A DNA stretch of 64,000 nt. Origin: the human T2T-CHM13v2.0 reference genome, Homo sapiens. Position numbers and translations under genes: made by a program. Below, piece by piece: positions 57,219-64,000 of the stretch. Below the pieces are notes generated by a model. It saw only the letters and a list, made by a program, of their open reading frames with translations. It did not search any database and was not told where the DNA came from. Position 1 is the first letter of the stretch, and each line of letters opens with the position of its first letter. The DNA lies in NCBI RefSeq assembly GCF_009914755.1, contig NC_060928.1; one strand, given 5' to 3'.

Positions 57219-59712
57219 TTTTCAACTTTTATTTTAGCTTCAGGGGGTACATGTGCAGGTTGCTTACCTGAGTATGTTGTGAGATGCTGAGCATTGGGGT
57301 ACAAATAATCCCCTCGCTCAGGTACTGAGCATAGTATCCAACAGTTTTTCAACACTTGTCCCCTTCTCATTCTCTCCCCTCTAGTAGTTTCTAATTTCTA
57401 TTGTTGCCATTTTTTTTTCTGTCCATGAGTACCCAGTCTTTAGCTCTTACTTATAAGTGAAAACCTGCAGTATTTGGTTTCATGTTTCTGCATTAATTCA
57501 CCTGGGATAATGGCCTCCAGCTGCATCCATTTTTCAATGAAGGACATGATTTTGTTCTTTCCCATAATACTATAATACTATGTCTATGTATTCTGTGGTG
57601 TATATGTACCACATTTTATTTATCCAATCCACAATTGATGGTAATCTGTGCTGATTCCATGTCTTTACTATTGTGAATAGCACTGAAATTAATATACAAC
57701 TTCAAGTATCTTTTTAGTAGAATGATTTGTTTCATTTTTCATTTCTTAAGGATCTCTTGTTAGGCTGGTCTAGTGGTAACTAATTCCCTTAGCAATTGCT
57801 TAACTGGAGAAGATTTAACTTCTTTGCTTATGAACCTTAGTTTTGTGGGATATATGTTTATTGGCTGAAATTTTGTGTCTTTAAGAATGTTAAAAATAGG
57901 CCTCCGATCTCTCCTGGCTTGTAAGGTTTCTGCTGAGATGTCTACCATTAGCTTGATGGGGTTTCTTTTGTATCTGATCTGACTGTTTTTCTTTAGCTGC
58001 CTTTAAGATTTTTTTCTTCAGCATTGACCTTGGACAGTCTGATGACTATATGCATTGGTGATTTTTTAATAGTTTTTTTAAAATAATTTTTTATAGTTTT
58101 TTTATAGTTTTTTTTTAATAGTGTCTCACAGCTGTTCTCTGTATTTCTTCCATCTGAATGTCTACCTCTCAAACCACATTAGGGAAATTTTCTTGAATTG
58201 TTACCTCAAATATGTTTGCAAGTTTGCTTACTTTTTCTCCTTCTCTCTCATGGATGTCAGTAATTCATAGGTTTGGTCACTTTACCTAATCTCATATTTT
58301 TTGAATACTTTGTTCATTAATTTTTTTCTTTATTCTTGTCTGTCTTTCTTAGTTCAAAAGACCAGTCTTCAGACTCTGGAATTCTTTCTTCTGTTCGGTT
58401 CAGTCTATTGATAAAGTTTTCAATTGTATTTTGAAATTCTTTAAGGGAGTTTTTATATTCCAAAAGCTCTGATTAATTTTTTTAGGATGTTTCTCTCTTC
58501 CTTCGTTTTCTGGATCAATTTAGAAATTTCTTAGTGTTGATTTTCAAACTTGTCTTGGATGTCTTTGAGCTTCCTTGCAATCCATGCTTTGAATTCATTA
58601 TCTGTTTTCATTTTGATTAGGGATCATTGCTGGAGAACTAGTGTAATTTTTTGTTGGTGTCACTACATTCAGATTTGTAATGGTGTCAGAATTCTTGCAC
58701 TGGTTCCTTCTCATCTAAAGATGCTGTCACTTCTAATTTTGGTCATTATTTTTGTTCAGGTAGGATTTTTTCTTTATTTTCCTGTACTATTATTGGTTTT
58801 TGTTGTTGTTGTTGTTTCCCTTTTCCTCTCCTACCTCCTTAGGGCGTGTAACTGTAGAGAATTCTGGATAGGGTGTTTTGGCTTTGCTTCTACAGTTCTA
58901 TGTGCTTCTGACATCAGGTTTTATACCGGGCTGTGAAATTTGACCTACAAGCCAACAGATGGTACTGAGAGGTAAAAGCCAGATGTGACCAATGTAGCTG
59001 GGTGTATATTTGCTCCTTGCTTACTGGGAGAAAGTCTGTTGCCACAGGCAATTGGCTGATTCATGGAGTGCATAGTAGTATGAGTTCTCTATTCAGCTTT
59101 GGGGTGGTGGTGGCCAAGATGGGTAGGAGCAGACTGGGCAGGATTGCCTACAGGACATGTGATGTCAAACACAAGCAGCAGCATGGGAGAATCCCATAGG
59201 CAGCCACGAAGCACCCAGTGGTTTGCCTAGGTATGGAGCTGGGAAACCTTCTCATCCCCAAGATTTCTACACTGGGATGGAGGGTGACCTAAACTCTTAA
59301 TCCAGGAGCATGAGTGCTCTGGATTCCTGGAGATCTGCCTGGTCAGGGAACAAATAGGGCCACCTACACCAGGATCTCTGCACAGGAAGCCTAGATAAGT
59401 TCAAGCTGCTGTTTCAGGAAAGTGCAAGCTCCAAAGGTCTGGAGATCTGCCTGACCATTTACCAGAAGTGTCCCCCATGCACCAAGATCTCTGTCCGGGG
59501 AAGCTGTGGCAACTCTGGCTGCTGAGCCGGCAAAGCAGGTGTCTGAATGCCTAGAAATCTGCCTGGGTGTGTCACAGAGAGAGCCTTTCTTGTACCTGGA
59601 TCTCTACTCAAAAAGCTGCTGAGCCAGATGAGTAGGTGCTCCAAATGTCTGTAGAACTGCTTGGTTGTGGAGCACAGATAGCCTTACTCTACCATGATCT
59701 ATGCCCAGAAAG
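57219..59712 (-). mobile_element. L1PB/L1P4-like element: 5' UTR, ORF1 and 3' end, with essentially all of ORF2 absent
   Basis: 3' UTR 'ttcagggggtacatgtgcagg' joined at ~57740 to ORF1 (DISAETLQARRDRRPIFNILK..FQP..IYPTKLRF); TSD atacatttgctttt (57205-57218) / atgcatttcctttt (59713-59726). Confidence 0.85.
59300..59712. repeat. Degenerate ~100-115 bp tandem monomers of the L1 5' UTR
   Basis: 'gagatctgcctg'-like motif at ~59330, 59442, 59553 and 59652, each followed by 'gatctct'-like text. Confidence 0.75.
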
Positions 59713-59756
59713 ATGCATTTCCTTTTCTGAGGAGTGCTTAATATTTTGTCTATTAG

Positions 59757-60043
59757 TTTTTTTTTTTTCTTTTTTTTTTTTTTGAGATGGAGTCTCACTT
59801 GAGTGCAGGAACGCAATCTTGCCTCACTGCAACTTCCTGGGTTCAAGCGATTCTCGTGCCTTAGCCTCCCAAGTAGCTGGGACTACAGGCATGCCCCGCC
59901 ACGCCCAGCTAATTTTTGTATTTTTAGTAGAGATGAGGTTTCACCATGTTGGCCAGGATGGTCTTGATCTCCTGACCTCATGATCCGCCCTCCTTGGCCT
60001 CCCACAGTACTGGGATTACAGGCATGAACCACTGTACCCGGCC
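59757..60043 (-). mobile_element. AluSc-like with ~15 nt internal deletion
   Basis: 'ttggccaggatggtcttgatctcctgacctcatgatcc'; 'gagtctcacttgagtgcag' lacks the tcgcccaggctg segment. Confidence 0.9.
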
Positions 60044-61974
60044 GTTGTTGTTTCTTAATAAGCTTCTTGTATTTTTGCTGTTACTCTCTAAATGTTTCAT
60101 AGCACTCCTTTGTCAGTTAAATGTTACAAATTTATTCTTTCATTTTTATATTGACATTCCACTTTCTATGACAGGTCTTTTTTCAACAAGGCTTATTTCA
60201 ATGAGGTTAATATTTATAATTTTTTATTAATATGTTTTCCATTTATCTAGGATTTTTTTATTAACAAACATTCAGAAGAGTATAAGCCTATATTTTTGGC
60301 TAAAACTTTTAAAGTTTTGTTTTTAATATCTAGATAGTTTAATCATGTGTAGTTAATTTTTTTGTAATGTGATACGGAGTTAGAGTTAGGCAATATTTTT
60401 CTACATATTCATATTTTGTGAGTCTGTTTCTGGACACTATTCCATGTCATCGGCCCTTGTGTCAGAACTACACTGTTTTCCCTTTCGCTTTATATGTCTT
60501 TACATAATAAGGCAGTCCTTCTTTTTATTTAATAAATCACTTATTATTATGGTTGTAAAGTCTGAATCCAATTCTGTCTTTCACAAGCTGGCTATTCAAT
60601 ATTCTCCGCATCACTTCCATAAGATCCAACTATACTGCAGTATTTTGAAATATCACCTTTATTGTATACTAAATTTATGTATCTACTTGGTTCTATTTCT
60701 AGGCTTCCTATTCTAGTTCCCTGATCCAGTTGTCGCTTCTGTATGATGTAGTTGTATTATTTCTGCTGCAAGGTTTCTTTCTTAATTTACTTGTTTTCTT
60801 GTTGTTTTTGTAATTTTTTAAAATTCCACTTAATAAATTCACATTTGAGGGTATTCTGCTTTGAGTACTTTACAATTAATCACTATTTTTGAAATAACAT
60901 TTCACTTATCATAATAGTTTCAAGGCCTATCTATGTTGCATCATGTTGTTTATATTAGGATTGCTGACCTCAGCCTGTCAACATTCATCCTTGATTATTT
61001 TAGTTTTATGGATTGACAGTTTCCTTGTTGCTTGCCCATCAACATTGCCACCAGAGGTGTCATATTCATTTTATCATATCTGTAGTTCTATATGGCTCAA
61101 GAACTGCACTGACAGTCCAAATTATATATGTATCTCATTTTATAATAATGTGTCTTATCATAATAATTACACATTTTTATGTTTCTTATATATAAATGTG
61201 TCTATTTGATCTACATTATTTTGTGATATTATCATTCCCATTATAACTGAGAAGCCATTTCTGAATAAGCATATACTATTATCAGCCCTGGCCTACAGAG
61301 AACAGCCACTGCTGATTTCTCAACAATGCTTATGCCTGTACTTACCAGCTCAGTTATTATCTCTTTGTTGAAAAACCTGGTCTGATTATGGATTTTCTGG
61401 TCTTACATATTACATTGATTCTAGTATGCCCACTTCTCTGAGCTTTTCATCTCTTTCTCAACTATTTCATTTGGCAGTTGTCATTTCTACTTCATTTAGT
61501 GTCATCTATTACTTTTGTGAATCATAGAAGAGGTATCTTAACATCATTATGAATTGTTTTCCACAGCCCTTGTCAGATTTAGGCAGATTACAGTATATAT
61601 ACACATCAAATTTACATTTTAATTCTCCCTTGATCTTGTGCCCTCAGGATTCATTCCCCCAATACATTTCCAGCTCTCATTGCTATATGCTGTCCCAGTT
61701 CTGCAACTTACCTGAGGTGTAGTCCCTTCCTAACTTACAAGTGCAGAATTTTTCCAGTATTATTTAAATTGTGACATCATCTTAAATATTGTTCTGGATT
61801 TTAGGAGGGGATGAGGAGTAAAGCATTTTGATATTTTGCTAAGTAAATATTTGATGATACTGTACATAATTTTCTAAGTTTCTAATAAATGGGAATTGCT
61901 AGCATTTAAAAGAGAATGAAGGTTTTAGCAACAGTTCTGAGAATTTAATTTTTTCAAATGCAGATGCTATAATC

Positions 61975-62181
61975 GATGATTCACTAAGCAATGGCCCATA
62001 GGCCAAATCTGACCCATTGTCTGCATTGTGATGAAAATTGTATTGGCAAACACCATGCTCATGTACTGTCTCGGGCTGCTTTTCCTCTACAGTGTCAGAG
62101 TAGATGTGACAGAAAATGTAATCTCCGTAAAGCCAAATATATTTATCATCTGTCCATTTACAGAAAATTTGTCAAGCTCTG
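61975..62181 (+). mobile_element. MER58A hAT element
   Basis: 'atggcccataggccaaatctgaccc..aaagccaaatatatttatcatctgtccatttacagaaaatttgtc'. Confidence 0.75.
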
Positions 62182-62225
62182 TCGAAAGGGTCTTATAAGT
62201 GATAAATATCATAGTGTTAATAGAT

Positions 62226-62752
62226 TGTGAATGGTTTATATCCATAGGGTGAAAACTGGGGTAGCTAGAAATAGATACAGATTCTTTACTATTATTTCCA
62301 TAAAGATGGTATATAATTTAACCCACCTCTGCCTTGAATCTTGGCTGGTATTAATGACTTGCTTGAAAAATACAATAGAAGCACAGATGCTAGTTCACGA
62401 GAATCCTTGCAGCTTTTGCTTGAGTCTTGTGGAACTCTGCATGTGAGAATAAAGTCACTAAATAGTCCAACTCCCTTGAGACTACCATGATAGAGAGTTC
62501 ACAGAGAAGAATGCCATTTGACAGGCTCAGCTCATCCAGATTCTTTGCAATGCCTGCAAAGGCGTCATTAATTTGAAAAGAGACCTTGTATACCCTTCCG
62601 ATCAACTTATCTAACAGATAAATTCTATTGATTATCTCCCATCAACATCATTTGGACTGAAAGAATCATCTAGCTGGGCCATGACCAAATTCCTAACCCA
62701 GAAAAACAATAAGGCTGTATAAAAAGGGGTTGGAAGTCACTAAGTTTGGGGT
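62226..62752 (+). mobile_element. MLT1 (G/H-like) LTR
   Basis: 'ccttgaatcttggctgg..tgacttgcttg', 'gagactaccatg', 'ccaaattcctaaccc', 'aagtcactaagtttgggg'. Confidence 0.7.
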
Positions 62753-63085
62753 CTTCAACAGTCCAAATCCTGGCAGCTGGTGAAATATTGTCTCAATCCT
62801 GAAGCGGAGATCTGAGTTATGCACAACAGTGTCCACTACAGTCTGCCCATATTTTGTTTGGGATTTTTGTACTTATATTTATGAGTGAAATGAACCTTTA
62901 ATTTAGTTTTTATATTGTCCTTTCCTGAATTTGTTACTAGTTGAATAAGTTAGAGAATATTCCAATATTTTAAAAATCTCCAAATGATTTTTGTTAAGGT
63001 TTTAAGGATATTTCCTAAAATTTTACTTAAATTTCCCTCTAAAACTGCCTTTTCATTTTTTTTCTGATAATGTTTGTAACTTTGG

Positions 63086-63562
63086 CATGCCAGTTTTTTA
63101 TTGCTACTGTAACCAATTATCACAAACAGTGATATAAAATATCACAATTTGTTATCTGACACGTCGGTAGTATAGATGTCTGATAGGGGTTTCATGGTAC
63201 TAAAATCAAGGCATCAGTGGGGTTGGAGTCCTTTATGGAGGCTTTCTGGAAAAAAAAATTTCTTAGCCTTTTTTAGCTTCTAGACCTTTCCTTTCTTCAC
63301 CTTCAAAACAAGCAATATTGCATCCCTCTATCTCTCTTGTACTCACATCTCCCTCATACCATCGCTAGAAAATATTTTTAGTTTTAAGACTTACTTGCTT
63401 AGATTAGGACTACTCATAATTAAAAAAAAAATTCCCATTTTAAGGTCCTTAACCTAAGCACACCTGCAAAGTTATTTTTGTCATTTAAGATAACACATTT
63501 ACAACTTCCACGGATTGTGATGTTCATATATTTAGGCGGGGCATCATTCCATGTATCATATA
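63086..63562 (-). mobile_element. MLT1D-like solo LTR
   Basis: 'tattgctactgtaaccaattatcacaaac..ctaaaatcaaggcatcag..agcttctaga..taaggtccttaacctaa..cacctgcaaag'. Confidence 0.75.
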
Positions 63563-64000
63563 CAGCTTGTTAGACTTTCTTTATTTAGTCAGTGTGGTAC
63601 ATTATACTCTTCAAAAATGTGTTTATTTCATTTAAATTTTCAAACTAAGTAGCAAAAAATGTTGATATCTTATTAGTTCAATATTTCTTATATTTGAATC
63701 TATATATTTTATATATTTTTTATATTGTTATTAATTCTTTTTTTCCTTTTTAGGTTTTTTTTACTCATTTCAAGCCATTCTCTAAGTTAGAATTTAACCA
63801 TAAAAAAATTTAATTTAATCTACTTTATTAAGATCCTTGGATGTTTTGCAATATACTTAAGGTAAACCCTTTATATGGCTTACATAGACTTTCAATAGAT
63901 GACTCTTACTTAACCCTGAAGACCAAAGAAATAAATCTTTAAATACACCTCATTTTTTATAGTGTAGGAGTTTAGAACTGCTATTCTCCTTTGTAGAAAA

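Noticed and set aside
59300-59712. Regularly spaced 'gagatctgcctg' motif, superficially like a CRISPR array
   Set aside because: The intervening sequences are homologous to each other (tandem monomers), the context is an L1 5' UTR in eukaryotic DNA, and there are no cas genes.
61047-61062. CTCF-like word gccaccagaggtgtca (similar weak word near 16235-16250)
   Set aside because: Mismatches in the core GGC positions; cannot be supported without a PWM score or ChIP data.

Overview
Very AT-rich, CpG-depleted primate genomic DNA (AluY/AluS, THE1D, MSTA and L1PB present; most likely human or ape), intergenic or deep-intronic. I find no credible protein-coding gene, RNA gene or CRISPR array. The supplied ORFs are short read-throughs of Alu, L1 or MaLR sequence, or chance ORFs in AT-rich DNA. 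The window is a layered fossil record of transposable elements: about 13 Alu/FLAM/FRAM copies, a complete THE1D MaLR with TSD (5401-7605), an old ~6.2 kb MER4-group (MER65-like) ERV with a tRNA-Leu-type PBS (18712-24890), a 3.3 kb L1MA2/3, an ORF2-less L1PB-like element bounded by a TSD, several MLT1/MSTA/MER57 LTRs, and MER3/MER30/MER47/MER58 DNA transposons. Family names come from recalled consensus sequences, not a database search, so subfamily calls need RepeatMasker/Dfam confirmation. I see no evidence of a new biological system. The most interesting signals are unusual insertion and repair structures: a retroposed ERV-LTR R-region fragment with A-tail and TSD, an ancient ~130 bp local templated duplication, a fold-back palindrome at a (TA)n tract, and the ORF2-less L1.
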